A stretch of DNA of 49,967 bases, the filler included, from Jimgerdemannia flammicorona (Eukaryota), in assembly GCA_003990765.1 (NCBI GenBank). It is 2 parts of 2 records of this genome, joined end to end, with 100 filler letters (N's around TTAATTAATTAA, not from the genome) between each part and the next. Parts side by side here need not be neighbours in the genome. Positions count along the whole stretch, not along the records: positions 1 to 24,938 come from RBNJ01000904.1; positions 25,039 to 49,967 come from RBNJ01000905.1. The stretch is one strand, 5' to 3'. Positions 13,130-25,949 of the stretch are shown piece by piece. Numbering within the stretch: position 1 is the first letter of the stretch; every line of letters starts with the position of its first letter. Below the pieces are notes generated by a model that worked only from the letters and a program-made list of their open reading frames with translations, searched no databases and was not told the origin of the DNA. A program made the translations under genes and the position numbers.

Positions 13130-13678
13130 GGATAGTCGGTGGCTGCTGTTATTCTATCTTGCGATGTTTGGTCATGGGAGGAGAGGAGAGAGCCTTGTGA
13201 ATCGTCTTGTACATCCTCCTCTAACATATCTCGGACTTCCCACATCACCTCTAACTCTTCTCTTTCATCTGTATCAGCATCCCAACTTTTACCATCATCT
13301 AAATCACGTAAAGCAACAAAGTCGATTTCGAAGTTTGTTGTGAATAAATCCAATTTCGCTCTGATGCAGCTGAGGTTGCTGGAATTGAAAGAAGTTTCAT
13401 AGCCACCAAAGCCAATTGAGGTGCACAATCTCGTTTTGAGCTCTGCGTTGACATCTTCATTAAATAGCCAGATGTGTGGTGATCCAAATACACCTTCTTT
13501 ATATATACTTGAAGTCAGAAAGCTGCATGATAATTGCATTTTGAATATCAGCAGTATTACCAGCCAGATGTGCTAGTCCTATTTCAACAATATCATCCCA
13601 TTTGCCTTGTTGAAGTTTTGCACCTCTATAAAAAGAATGGACAATATATGTCATTATCACAGCAGGATTATAAAAAAT
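13130..13678 (-). pseudogene. Fragment of a hAT transposase C-terminus (dimerization domain), truncated by the Copia LTR
   Basis: APQLALVAMKLLSIPATSAASERNW is a hAT dimerization motif; upstream FYNPAVI..VHSFYRG; frameshifted. Confidence 0.7.
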
Positions 13679-13831
13679 TGTTGTGGAATGTGGACTTTGG
13701 AGAGAGAAGCAAACTGTTTATTGCTAATTCTTATGCACTTTTACGCATCGCAATTAGTGACGTTTACATGATGATGTAGTCAAGGAAGGCTGCGCCACCA
13801 TATATCGAGTTGTAACCTACATATTTCAATA
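13679..13831 (-). repeat. 3' LTR of Copia copy 1 (about 153 bp)
   Basis: Follows purine tract gagcaggag; starts tattgaaata (TG decayed to TA), ends ccacaaca. Homologous to 32512-32658. Confidence 0.75.
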
Positions 13832-16800
13832 CTCCTGCTCAACGAGATATGCAAATTCCCAAACTGCAATACTAAGCTATAACCACTGCAAATCTCGCTG
13901 CAATGTTCAGACCGCTATCTAGAAACCAAAAAACACCTGAATTGCCTGCTTAAAGCTCGAAAAATAGGTTGAAAAGTAGAGATGTGAATATTTGTAGATG
14001 AGCAATGTTGGTAGAAATCTGCAATGTAGTGATAGGGAAAAGAAATGCATTGAATATGAAATAGATTTCGAAATTGATCTGCTGAAATACTTCCATATAG
14101 CTTACTATTGTTGCTGTTTTTATTGCTGGCATATAGTTTTTGCTGCCGTAACTCTCATTCCCTTTACGCATAGATCAAATCTTGTCTTTGGGAGGGCTTT
14201 TGTTAATGAATCTGCTATCATACACTCTGTTGGAGTGTATTCCAGGTGTATAGTGTCATTTTCCATGCATTCCCATATGAAATGATACTATATATCGATG
14301 TGTTTCATTCTAGTGTGGTGTATAGGATTCTTTGCCAAAGCAATCATTGATTGGTTATCTTGCTGGAGTAGTGTAGAGTGCCGTTGCTTATATCCCAGCT
14401 CCTTTAACAGTTCTCGAAACCAGATAGCCTCCTTTGTTGCCATTGACAATGCTTGATATTCTACTTGCATAGAGGATGTTGCCACTGAAGATTGCTTACG
14501 TGTTTACTACGAAATGGCTCAGTTGTTTACTTTAAAGATATATCCAGTCATAGACCTTCTGTCATCTAAGTTACTGGCCCAATCAGCATCACAAGAACTG
14601 AATAGGCATATAGTACTCCTGCTTTGCCCATTATCACCACTCAAACTGAGTGTATAGTCTGCAGTTCCTTTGATGTACCTAAAAATTTGCTTGATTGCCA
14701 TCCAATGGCTATTGTCATAGCATGAGGAATACTGCGCCACTTTGTTTACTACAAAAGAGATATCAGGTCTCATCCCTTGCATAAGATACATGAGGGATCC
14801 CATGGCTTGTTGATAGGGGATATTGTTTCCCTCAAGTGTAGTATCAGACTTCTTTAGTTTCATGAATGTTTCCATAGGTGTCCCGACTGGTTTGCATTTA
14901 CTCATCTCGAATTGCTCGAGAATATTTTGAATGTATGTGGCTTACATTAGGTGTATAGCATGCTCGCGCCTGTTACATATAATCGATATTCCAAGGAGAT
15001 AGGACACTTCACCTAAGTCCGTCATTTTGAATTCTTGGCATAGTGTAGCCTTTACGTCATTGATTTCACTTGCCGTTCTGACTAAAATAATATTGTCAAC
15101 CCAAATTCCCAGGTATATCATTCCTGAGAATGTATGTCGGGTATATATGTATAGATCAGCTTCACAATGCTTAAATCTGTTGTCTAGGAGATATCCATCG
15201 ATCTTTCGATTCCACAACCTTGCCGCTTACTTGATTCCATAGAGCCCTTTGCATAATTTACATATGAGCTTGTTTCCATCATTGTCATATAGTTCATATC
15301 CTTGTGATTATCATATATATAACTCCATGTCTACGTCACCATTCAAGAATGCTGTCTTTACGTCCATTTGGTATATTTCGTAGTTGTACTTGGCTCCAAT
15401 CGCAAGAAGTATTCTAAGTGAAGTCAACTTAAATACTGGGGAAAATGTCTTATCATAGTCTATGCTGTAGTCTTGCGAGTACCCCTTTACTACAAATCGA
15501 GCCTTATACCATTCTATGTTGCCATTAGCCTTATGCTTGATCTTGTAGACCCACTTTGATCCTATAGCTTGTCGCTCTGCCAGAAGACTTACTAGATCCC
15601 AAGTGTTGTTTTCGATGAGCGAACTGTACTCCTCATCCATAGCCCTTCTCTACTCCTTCTTATTATTTGAGTGAATGGCTTCATTGTAGTTCTCCGGTTC
15701 ACTGGTTGTTGCAATATATGCACATTTGTAAGAATCAGCGTAGTTCATGTGATGTCCACTATTGTTGCTATGACGGAATATCTTAGGCAGGTCCCAATAA
15801 CCTCCTAAATCTGTATCTAGAACTCTGGATTTGCGCTTTTGTTTGCCCTTCGGAGAGGTATCCTCTTTGTCATCCTTGTCCATAATTTCCATTATCCTTG
15901 GTTCTTACAACTTCATTGCCATTTGAATGGGTTGCACATTCGCTGGCGTAGGTCCCAAGGATGTCTTTGGCGTAGTCTTCAGTGTTGTTCCGGGTGTAGA
16001 TGTTGTTCCGCTAGCCTTTGCAGTTGGCATAGATGTTGCTGGCTATACTGTCGAATTCACTGTCAGATTCACTGTTGGATTCGAGATAGGAATTTCCATG
16101 TAAATTTCCTGCTTAGTCTCCTTGAACTGTATGTCGCATGAAATGATCATACATTATTTCTGCAGGTTCCAAAGTCTGTATCCCACTCTATCGTATCCAA
16201 GGAATATATGCTTATCTGCCTTAGGTTTGAACTTGCCTCAGTTGTCACCTTTGTCCAGAACGTATGCCTTACTTCCAAATATGCATAAGTGTGAAATATC
16301 AGACTTGGATCTATTCCATAATTCCTCAGGAGTAAGATTGCTGTCATTCCTGGATTGCTTGCTGGGATCCTTGCTTAGAGCTCAAGAGAAACAATAATTT
16401 CGAATATATGCTACTATATTCACTACTTCCACCCAAAAGGACTTTGGTAAGCCGGCCATATTCATTATCATTCTAGCCATTTCCACTACCATTCAATTGA
16501 ATCATTCTGCCACACCATTTTGCTGAGGTGTATAAGGGGCTGTTGTAGAGTACTATATATTGTTCTTCTTCAAGAAGTGTCTGAAACCTTTATTGACGTA
16601 TTCTTTGCCATTATCTGAGCGTAGGGTTCATATTCTACATTCCATCTTGTTCTCCATGGCTGCCTTGAATTCTTGGAATTTGTCGAATGCCTTGTTTTTC
16701 CCCATAATGAGATATATGTAGACTTTGTATGTATAATCATCAATGAATGTAATAAAATACTTCTTCTCGGAGTGTGATGCTATTCACATAGGGCCACAAA

Positions 16801-17762
16801 TATCTGTATGAATCAAATCAAGAATGCCAGCCACTCGCTTCATTCATTCCTGAAAAGGTTACCAGGAAGCCTTGTTTGCTGCACATCCATTACAAAAGAA
16901 ATCTGGTAGCATATAGTCTGGTAAACCATACATGGACTTGCTCCTTACCATCTGTTTGAGACTCGTTTTACCAATATGTCCTAAGTGTTTATGCATTATA
17001 TGCCAGAAATCCTCTCCTATCATAGTTGCAGAATATGCGGATGTAGCGCCACTTGGTGTGCCATTGATTGCATATAGATCCCCCTTTTTCGATACATACA
17101 TTAACTCCTTATTGTTCTTCAGATTGATTACCATTACACCATTCGGGTGTATATTTACTCCTCTGTCCCCACGAGCCATTATCTGGCCTATTGAGAAGAG
17201 GTTCTTGCCTATATCTGGAGCATATAATATGTCCACGAAGGTACCCAAAGGTTCATCAATGTTTCCATGTAGATGTATGCCTATGTTGCCTTTCCCTTGA
17301 GTATAAATGACATTGTTGTCACCTAGCTTGATAGGTATGGGATGCTCGAACTTCTCGTATGTAGAGAACCACTCCCGGTGAGCCATTATATGCTGTGTTG
17401 CACCCGAATCCATGAGCCAGACCTCTTTGCTGCATGCATAAGCACTGTTCGGCATATAGCTTATATTTGCGCTGGTGCCAATGTTGACATCACTATTTTT
17501 CACTATCTGAAAAGTGTTTCCTTTATCAGGATTTGTAGATGTCAAATTGCTGCCGCATTTGCAACTGGCATTGTTTTTCGAATTATCTCCCACTTCTACA
17601 TATGGGTAGGTTGCTACTTCTGCAAAGAATAGATCTCCCCCATTGCTGCCACTGTCATTATTAGCATCCACTGTATTTGCCTACTGTTGTCCACCTTTCT
17701 CCTTTTTCTTGCAGTTGCAGTCCTTTTCACGATGTCTGAGCTTGTCACAATAGAAGCATTTC
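13679..17762 (-). mobile_element. Ty1/Copia retrotransposon, copy 1 (decayed; its 5' part is cut off by the Gypsy inserted at 17763)
   Basis: Order on the minus strand: CCHC CFYCDKLRHREKDC, protease WLMDSGATQH, HKHLGH..CNGC, integrase IHTDICGP/FITFIDD, RT WVYKIK, QMDVKTAFLNG, WVDN, RNase H CDADWA, QDNQS, KHIDI. Many stops and frameshifts. Confidence 0.93.
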
Positions 17763-19799
17763 TGTAAGCACACAACCTCCAAGCCACCAAAAGTATGCGT
17801 GACCTCTGAACAAATCTGGAAATCACCTGCTTGATCATGAAGCTGAGTCAAACCAAAGTCACAGCTCACAAAGCTGAGTCAATATGAAGTTACGGAACAC
17901 AAGATCTATACAAATGGAATCTTACCAATCAGGACCAAATGCATATATACCGAGCACTGAGATGCATCGAATCAGAGAACCAAAAAACAAACAACAACCA
18001 TAACTTCCAAATACACAAACATGACCACCGAGATCTACAACTGTATCTGCACTGACATTTGGAATGCCATTGTCAACCGGGCCACACCCCCTCTGCCCCT
18101 CATGAATATCCATAGCCTAGCACCTCTCTACTTCATGGAAGCCTGATGGAATGCCCTGAATATGCTTAACAAGGCCCACCGAATTGGACAAATCTCAAGC
18201 TACTACCAGATTGGCCACCTCCTGGAAGACATGGTCAAACACCACCATGATACAGACATTACCCAGATGTCTCAACACCAGAAGCTCATCACCCACAAAC
18301 ATCGAGAACTCTTCTATGAGTACAATACCTTTATTCCCCACCTCCGAGTCACTACCAGCGAAATGGTTGCTACCCTGTCCTATGGCCAAATCGATGACAT
18401 GATACAAGAACTCAACCACAAGTACCTCGAGTATGTCGAAACCACAGACAGAATCTTCCCGCACCCTGACGACCACATCCTGCAAATGCCTCAAGTTGGA
18501 TACGCCATGAAGAATGTCTATGATATAATCCACTTCGACGAAGATGAAGCAGAAGACAACAATCCCTCTGATGCAGACATGACCTCAAGCCAAGGATCTC
18601 TGCCAACCCTGATCACACCACCAACCTTGCCGATGAACTTACAATAGTTTATAATTACATATGAGACTTATTGGGACAATGACCATTGGCATGAATACCA
18701 ACCCACATTCACCCCCAACTACTTCAACTATAATGAAGAGACCAGAGAACACAACCTGTACCTCCAGACAACCCTTGAAATTGAACCAACCACTCTACCA
18801 CCCGAGTACGAGTGACATGAACCACAGCCGCCAGCTTACTACAACCCTGCGACTCATAGTGCTGTAACCTATAGAAGGTACACAGACAGCAAATCCGATG
18901 AAAGCGAAGACAATACACCCATCCTTCACCCATCAACACCCTATTCAGCCTATGAGACAGACGATGCTATCCTGTGGGATGGAGACGAAGTCCCAATATA
19001 TTACTACCTCAGCCAACAAGGAGAAGTAATCCGCGAACCACTCTTCCTAGACGACTACTTCATCAGAGATGATGCAATCGATGGTGATGTCATTGAAGAC
19101 TGCCCAGACAGCGCCTAAACCCATAAATAACCTAGCAGTAATAATATAGTTAGATTAGCCTTGTACGACATGACTGTGAACTGACTCAGTAGTCAGACGA
19201 TCCCTTGACATGTCAGATCACACTTGTACTATGTGACTGCATTCCGACTCAGCAAAGCACTTAGTGCTACATCCATATCTAGCATAGTCCAGATAACCCC
19301 TCACTAGTATAAATACCCCCTCCACCAGACCTCAGAATCTCAGACTTGAACAATCCGAACACAACTTCTGAGCACTTCCCCACAATACCCCTTCACACAA
19401 ATACTCCTAGTATAGCAATATCATGAATAGCAAATACATAAACCTATTCTATAATCCACAAACCACTCTTAAGTAAATCCGCTCCCTGTTAGGTCCTACT
19501 CCTAACCCTGTCACGAAATTTCCTAATTGGGTATTGTCTGCAGCGATACGCCAATTCAACTAAGCTGGTCTTAGTTTCTCAAACTTCCTGAAATACGGAA
19601 AATCCTGAACATCCAGAACTAGTCCAAAAAGGACTTTAGTTGAGACGTCAACCCGATCTTGAAATCAATAAGTGTAGAGGACGTACTCCATACGAAATTG
19701 ATCTTGACCATAAGAAAACAGTCTTTCAGAACATCCAGAATATCCAGAAAACCTTTCCAGAACTACGTAAAGGTTACCCTAAAAAGTAACCCTCTTACA
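17763..19799 (+). repeat. 5' LTR of Gypsy copy 1 (2037 bp)
   Basis: Inverted termini TGTAAG...CTTACA. The left end falls exactly where Copia gag is cut. TATAAATA at 19308. Followed by act and a PBS-like tggtagtagcgg (19803-19814). Confidence 0.8.
18021..19118 (+). pseudogene. Decayed 365-aa ORF of unknown function inside the LTR (U3)
   Basis: One frame from ATG 18021 to TAA 19116-19118 with only three in-frame stops (TGA 18144, TAG 18645, TGA 18813), each explicable by a single transition. Confidence 0.7.
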
Positions 19800-21825
19800 A
19801 CTTGGTAGTAGCGGTTTACAATCCAATTCTGCTTCAAGACGCTTCCTCACCCTGCTATAAACCCTTCTGCGAATTCCTACAAGTTGGTATAAAGCCCAAC
19901 CTCTGAACTGAAATTTATCTGAACCATCTGACAATCTGGAGAGAATTGAACCTGACGTACAAGGACAATTTGACCTCCACACCTGCAACAAGTGGGATAA
20001 ACTTCATTCAAAGAAAGAAGTACTTCAGTTAAACTAGCAAATAGGCGAAACCCTATTCACCGAACTCCTTGCACTACACCCAGCAAGTCAAGACAAAGAA
20101 GGTCTTATTGAAGCCTTCTTTACTCTTCTCAATAAGAGTTTTGTCAGCTCCACAAATCCAAGTGACCTAGGACAACCAGCAGCAGTCTTTCTAGACTTAG
20201 TTCCTCATGAAGCCCAAGCCTCTGTAGCCAAGTGGCTCAACTCTACCAACTTTCACTGCACCAGGACCAAGACTGCATTATACTACCGATTCCAGAACAG
20301 CAAGGCCCGCCATATCCTTAAAGAAGAAGCAAGAGAAATCCTTCATCAACTACCTGACCCCGAACCTAAAGCAGGCCCTGCTACAGCCCTACCCGAATCT
20401 GAAACTAATACCGAACCTGAACTTGACTTTGAATTAAGTCCATCTGAAATCAGATATATAACTGATTCTGTCTACTTTGATGCTGAGCAAACCCAATTAC
20501 ATGGGGACCAAACCGAAGAAGAGGAGGAGTATCTCACCGAATTCAATCCCGGATACACCACCGAAGGAGACACACATCCATCAGGACAGAATACACCTAC
20601 ACAGCAACAAACAGCTATCTATCAAGCCCTCACTCCAGATCCACAACTACTACTCCAGCAACTTACACAGACCCAAAGAACCCTATCACACTCTGTACCA
20701 GTACCTCAAGTAGTACCAGTAACACCACTACCAGCAGTCCAACCGCCTCCAGCAATCAATATGGCAAACCAACAGATTCTAGACCTCACAGCCCAAGTAG
20801 CTATAATGGCAGCAACTATTACTGCCTTAGCTGAACAGACCCGACCTACAAAAAATCTGAGCCTACCTACCTTCAATGGTACTGCACAAGAAGTCCAAAG
20901 CTTCATTAGTGTAGTTGACACCAACTTCGAAGCCAATCAATAGACTAATGAGCGAGTTGCCGACTGTGTTCTGACAAACAATCAAGACCACACCCTGGAA
21001 CAACTCTTTGCTACCACTACAGCCTATGTCCGCTGAGTTGTTACATTCTTCCGAGGACCTGCCAAAGAATGGTGGCGAACCCTTCCTGAAAAACCCCTCA
21101 CATGGGATACCTGACCTACAGTAGTTGCTCAGAATACAGCAAACAATGCCCCAGGATATGGAGCCCATTCTGCAGCCCCTGGACTCAAACAACTCATGAT
21201 TGCTCAATATTGTAGTGAAACCATGATTGCCAAATCTCAAGTAAAACTCTGCAACCTCAAATTTGATGTACATGGCAAAGAAGAATTCGAAACCTTCTGT
21301 ACAAAACTCAAGTCACTCCTGAACACTGTTGGCCTAGAATACATTGCCAATGACGAAGCACGAAATGGTACAAGAGCAGACCATTTATTTGATGCCCTGC
21401 CTGAATGGCTTACTAGAAAAATCCAAGAACAAGGCCGCCCAGTTGGTTGTGATCACCAACAATGGTGCCTGGCAAGAATCAAGACTATGGTCAAGCGAAT
21501 CCTAACAGCTGGACCAATTCTGCCCCGAAGACAATTCAACAACAAGGAAAAGACTTGGACCAAGAAAGAAGAACCTAAGCATGAAGCATCCCGAGCTCTC
21601 TCCACATTCACCTCTTGGACACCCAGAAATCATGAACCCACCCAGCCAAGTACCTTCAAGAAACTTACTGAAGGTGAAAGAAATGAACTTCGAAGAAGCA
21701 GAGCATGCTTCTATTGCCAAAAGACAGGACACATGGCCAGTGCCTGCCCCAACTGAAAACCCTGAACAGCAACACGAGCAACTGTTACCACTCTGCACCA
21801 CCTCAACAACCTGACCACCAGAACA

Positions 21826-22233
21826 CTAGATTTTGTCAAGTTAAGACAAACTGCTAAAGCCCCAACCAAAGGAAGTCAAAAAGCAGCCGGATATGACCTG
21901 TATGCAGCCGAAGAAGCTACAATTTCCAACCGAGAAGTCAAACAAGTCTATATAGGAATCAGTATCCAAATCCCTGAAGGACATGTTGGAAGAATATGCT
22001 GTCGCAGCAGCCTAGCACTGAAAGGACTCTCAGTAGAAGGAGGAGTTATTGATGAAGATTATACAGGCGAAATCATTGTCCTCATCCGAAACCACAGTTG
22101 GACACCCTTCAAGATCCCTATTGACTTCTGCATTGCCCAGATCTTGTTCAAAAAAATCGAGTCAACCCTGACAGTCAAGGAAGTCTCTGAACTACTACCC
22201 ACCATCCGAGGATCCAAAGGATTTGGCTCATCA
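21826..22233 (+). other. dUTPase domain within the Gypsy gag-pol polyprotein
   Basis: All five trimeric dUTPase motifs in order: AGYDL, RSSLA, GVIDEDYTGEI, IAQIL, RGSKGFGSS. Confidence 0.93.
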
Positions 22234-24938
22234 AACAAGGCCCCAGCCCAACCTACCATGAGCAAAGAAGAACAATTCTATAAGAAGATTGAAGATGGAT
22301 ATGTACCAAGTGGCCGATGCCCTCATGGTATTGGAATGTACTCTTCCCGAATGATTGATGATTGCTTCTCTTGTGTCAATGAACTGGCTCAAAGAAGAAC
22401 CAATAGAAGGAAAGCTCCTACAACTGAAATCACCAGCATTGAATCAGACAAACTGCTCACCCTTAAGGCTTTTGTCAATGGAGCACCTGTCAAGATTATA
22501 ATAGACAGTAGTGCCTCAGGCAACTTCATCAATGAGGAAACAGCCAATAGACTCAAGGTCTTCACCTCCCCAGTACAGCAAACTCAAGCAGTTGCTACAG
22601 CTGATGGAACCTCACATGTTATTAGCAAAGAAGTCCACAATCTACCCTTCCAAATTGGCGACTACCGAGTACATGTTACCCTCCAAATCGTACCACTTTC
22701 TGACAATGAAATCATCCTTGGGACTCCATGGTTAAAACAAGAGAACCCCATGATTGATTGGGTAAACCATTCTCTGACCATCAAGAAAGGACGCCACAAC
22801 TTCAAACTACAAGGCGAAAAGGACTCACTCAACTCTAGTGACCCTGGACCAAAGATCATCCACATCAACAAGCTACAACTTAAGAAATTGGCCAAAAAAT
22901 GCCCTCTCTTCACCATCTCCATCCGACCATCCAAAGGAGAACCTGAGAACTCTGAAGAAGATTTTTCTAAAGTTGACAGCCATGTCAGACCACTACTCCA
23001 GAAATTCCGAGACATATTCCCAAAGAAGCTCCCAAAAGGCCTACCTCCCAAACGAGCAGTAGACCATGCAATTAAGACTATCCCAGATGCCAAACCAGCC
23101 TTCAAGTCAATCTACCACATGTCTCCAAGAGAAATTGATGCACTCAAGAAGGAAATCGACGAACTCCTAGAATAAGGATTCATCAGACCCAGTGTATCAC
23201 CCTATGGTGTACCAGTCCTCTTTGTTGTCAAGAAGGGAGGAGACCTGCGAATGTGCATTGACTACCGTGATCTCAATGAGCAGACCATCAAGAACTATTG
23301 CCCACTACCGAGGATTGATGAAATATTCGATAGGCTCACCAACCCACAATTCATGAGCTCTTTTGACCTGCGAAATGGTTACTGGCAAATTACCATGAAA
23401 GAAGAAGACATCTACAAGACAGCCTTCCGAACTCGCTATGGACACTTTGAGTTCCTGGTTATGCCCTTTGGCTTAACTAATGCCCCAGCAACCTTCCAGA
23501 CACTGATGAATACCATTCTACATCCATACCTGGACAAATTCGTTGTTGTCTACATTGATGACATCCTAGTCTTCAGTAAAACCCTGGAGGAACATCTTGA
23601 ACACCTTGAACTAGTACTACTGAAACTCCGAGAAAACCGACTCTTTGCAAAACTCAGTAAGTGTGAATTTCTTCTGAAAGAAATCCAATTCCTTGGACAT
23701 ATTGTCACTCTGAATGGAATCAAAGTGGACCCCAGCAAAATCTCTGCAATCAAAGATTGGCCCAGACTGAAGAAGCTGAAAGACCTCCAGTCATTCCTGG
23801 GATTAGCAAACTATTACAGACGATTTGTTGCCAACTTTGCTAAAATCGCTACTGCCCTCACCCAAATGACCAAGCACAACAAGAAACAAGAACAACCTTG
23901 GACCATGAAACAAGAGAAAGACTTCAACAATCTTGTAACTTGGGGACCCGAACAAGATACCGCCTTTCAAGTACTGAAAGATGCCCTGATAACCACTCCA
24001 GTACTTCAAGCAGCAAATCCTGCCCTACCATATGAAGTCACCACTGATGCCTCTGACCTAGCTCTTGGAGCAGTGCTCATGCAAGAAGGACACCCTGTGG
24101 CCTATCACTCCTGCAAGTTCAATGATGCCGAAATCAACTACGCAACTCACGAGAAGGAAATGCTAGCCATCATAGACACTCTGATCAAATGGCGACCATA
24201 CCTAGAAGGAGTACACTTCACTATATTAACTGACCACAAGTCACTAGTCAACATCAAGACCCAGGCTACCCTTTCCCGAAAGCAAGCCAGATGGATGAAA
24301 GTTCTCACCAATTTCAACTACGAAATTCAGTACTGCCCTGGCAAAGAAAACATTGTTGCCAATGCAATCTCCAGACCACCCATTGAAGAAGTCATCCAAA
24401 CTCTCACTTTGATTACAAACTCCATCATGGAACAAATCATTGCAGCATGTGTTGATGATAAAGAAGCTCAAGCACTCCGAGAAATCCTGAACAATGATGA
24501 TGCTGACAAACATACCCAGTATAATCAATACCAACTCAAGGACAATGTGATCTACTACAAGGACAGACTATATGTCCCAAACAACCGAGACCTCCGAAGG
24601 ACTATCCTATTCGAATGTCATGATGCCCCTACAGCTGGACATTTAGGATTTGATAAATGTTATGAAGTTATCTCCCGAAACTTCTATTGGCTCCGCATGG
24701 CAGATCAACTCAAGACCTATATCACTTCCTGTGATGCCTGCCAACGAAACAAGTTCTCAACACTAGCAAAACCCGGCTTACTTCACCCTATCCCAGTACC
24801 ATCTGCAAATTGGGAATAAATCTCTATGGACTTTATTGTACAACTACCCCAAACCAAGAACGGAAAAGATGCAATTGTTGTCTTTGTGGACTATCTCAGC
24901 AAACAAGCCCACTTTGTACCTACTACCACTACTGCAAC

Positions 24939-25038
24939 NNNNNNNNNNNNNNNNNNNNNNNNNNNNNNNNNNNNNNNNNNNNTTAATTAATTAANNNNNN
25001 NNNNNNNNNNNNNNNNNNNNNNNNNNNNNNNNNNNNNN
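24939..25038. other. Artificial contig-joining spacer (44 N + TTAATTAATTAA + 44 N)
   Basis: Exactly 100 bp, symmetric, with a palindrome giving stops in all six frames at 24983-24994. Confidence 0.95.
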
Positions 25039-25133
25039 GATTCTTCGTTTGTCGTACAGTCGATGTCCTTGTCTCTTACGAAAGCCGAATTGTATGCTCG
25101 GTTCTTTGCGCATAATTAAACGGTTTATTTCTC

Positions 25134-25164
<31 letters not shown>
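25039..25164 (+). repeat. Probable 3' end of a young poly(A)-tailed (non-LTR) retroelement
   Basis: About 100 bp with CpGs intact, ending in a 29-nt A run (25136-25164), at a contig edge. Confidence 0.4.
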
Positions 25165-25166
<2 letters not shown>

Positions 25167-25949
25167 TAAGCCTGAAATCCTTTTTACCATAAAGCCAGTC
25201 TTCTAATGCAACTTCACAATAAAGCCAGCCTCTTTTGACATAACTTTGTACAAACAAAGTCAGTCTTAATACAACTTTGCTCAAGAAATCTACTATTTTC
25301 AAAGAGCTTACCTTAAGAAACCTTACTACAAGCCAGTCTATCTAATGTAACTTGCCAAGAAACTGCTGTCTGAGCTATCTAAATTATCCACACTATCTGA
25401 GTTATTTCTCAGAAGTCTGCTGATTTAGGAAAAATCTATATCATCTACTATTTTCAAGTTTTTTGCAAACCAGTTTTCCAAGTTATTAAGTTATCTGATA
25501 TTTCCAGAGAACTACTAATTTAGAAGAATTCATACCAAACTGAGTTATCTGCCAAAACCAAGTTATCTAAGTTATTTACCAAATTAAGTTCCCTGACAAA
25601 TATGGAATACCATCAAGATCATCATATGGAAATTACATACTTTTAAAGATTATAGTACTATATAAGAGATTGTCATATAGAAATTACATACTTTTGGAAG
25701 ATCACTATCACTCAAGAAGAAATCTGCAAAATTAGCAGATTGCTATCATATAAAATTACTACTATATCTAGAGAACTATCTCAATAAGAAAATTGTCAGA
25801 ACTGCTTACAGATATTCAGCTTTGACTATTATACTACTAATATTAATAAGAAATCTTAGAACATTTTATTGCTTTTTGACAAAGTAACTGGGGGCTCAAG
25901 CCAAACTATACCAATCTTCAATCTTGTAATTTATCTCTATTGAGCTGGG

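Larger units (their letters stand above)
17763..24938 (+). mobile_element. Ty3/Gypsy retrotransposon, copy 1: LTR-gag-dUTPase-PR-RT-RH-IN in a single gag-pol frame, truncated by the gap
   Basis: ORFs at 20761, 21196, 22144 and 23251 share one frame, broken only by point stops. Motifs CFYCQKTGHMASAC, IDSSASGNF (protease, DSG>DSS), [35 protein letters not shown]. Confidence 0.95.

Noticed and set aside
18021..19118. env-like gene
   Set aside because: No signal peptide or transmembrane stretch is visible, and it lies inside the LTR.
24983..24994. TTAATTAATTAA palindrome as a biological site
   Set aside because: It is centred in a symmetric N spacer and is an assembly linker.
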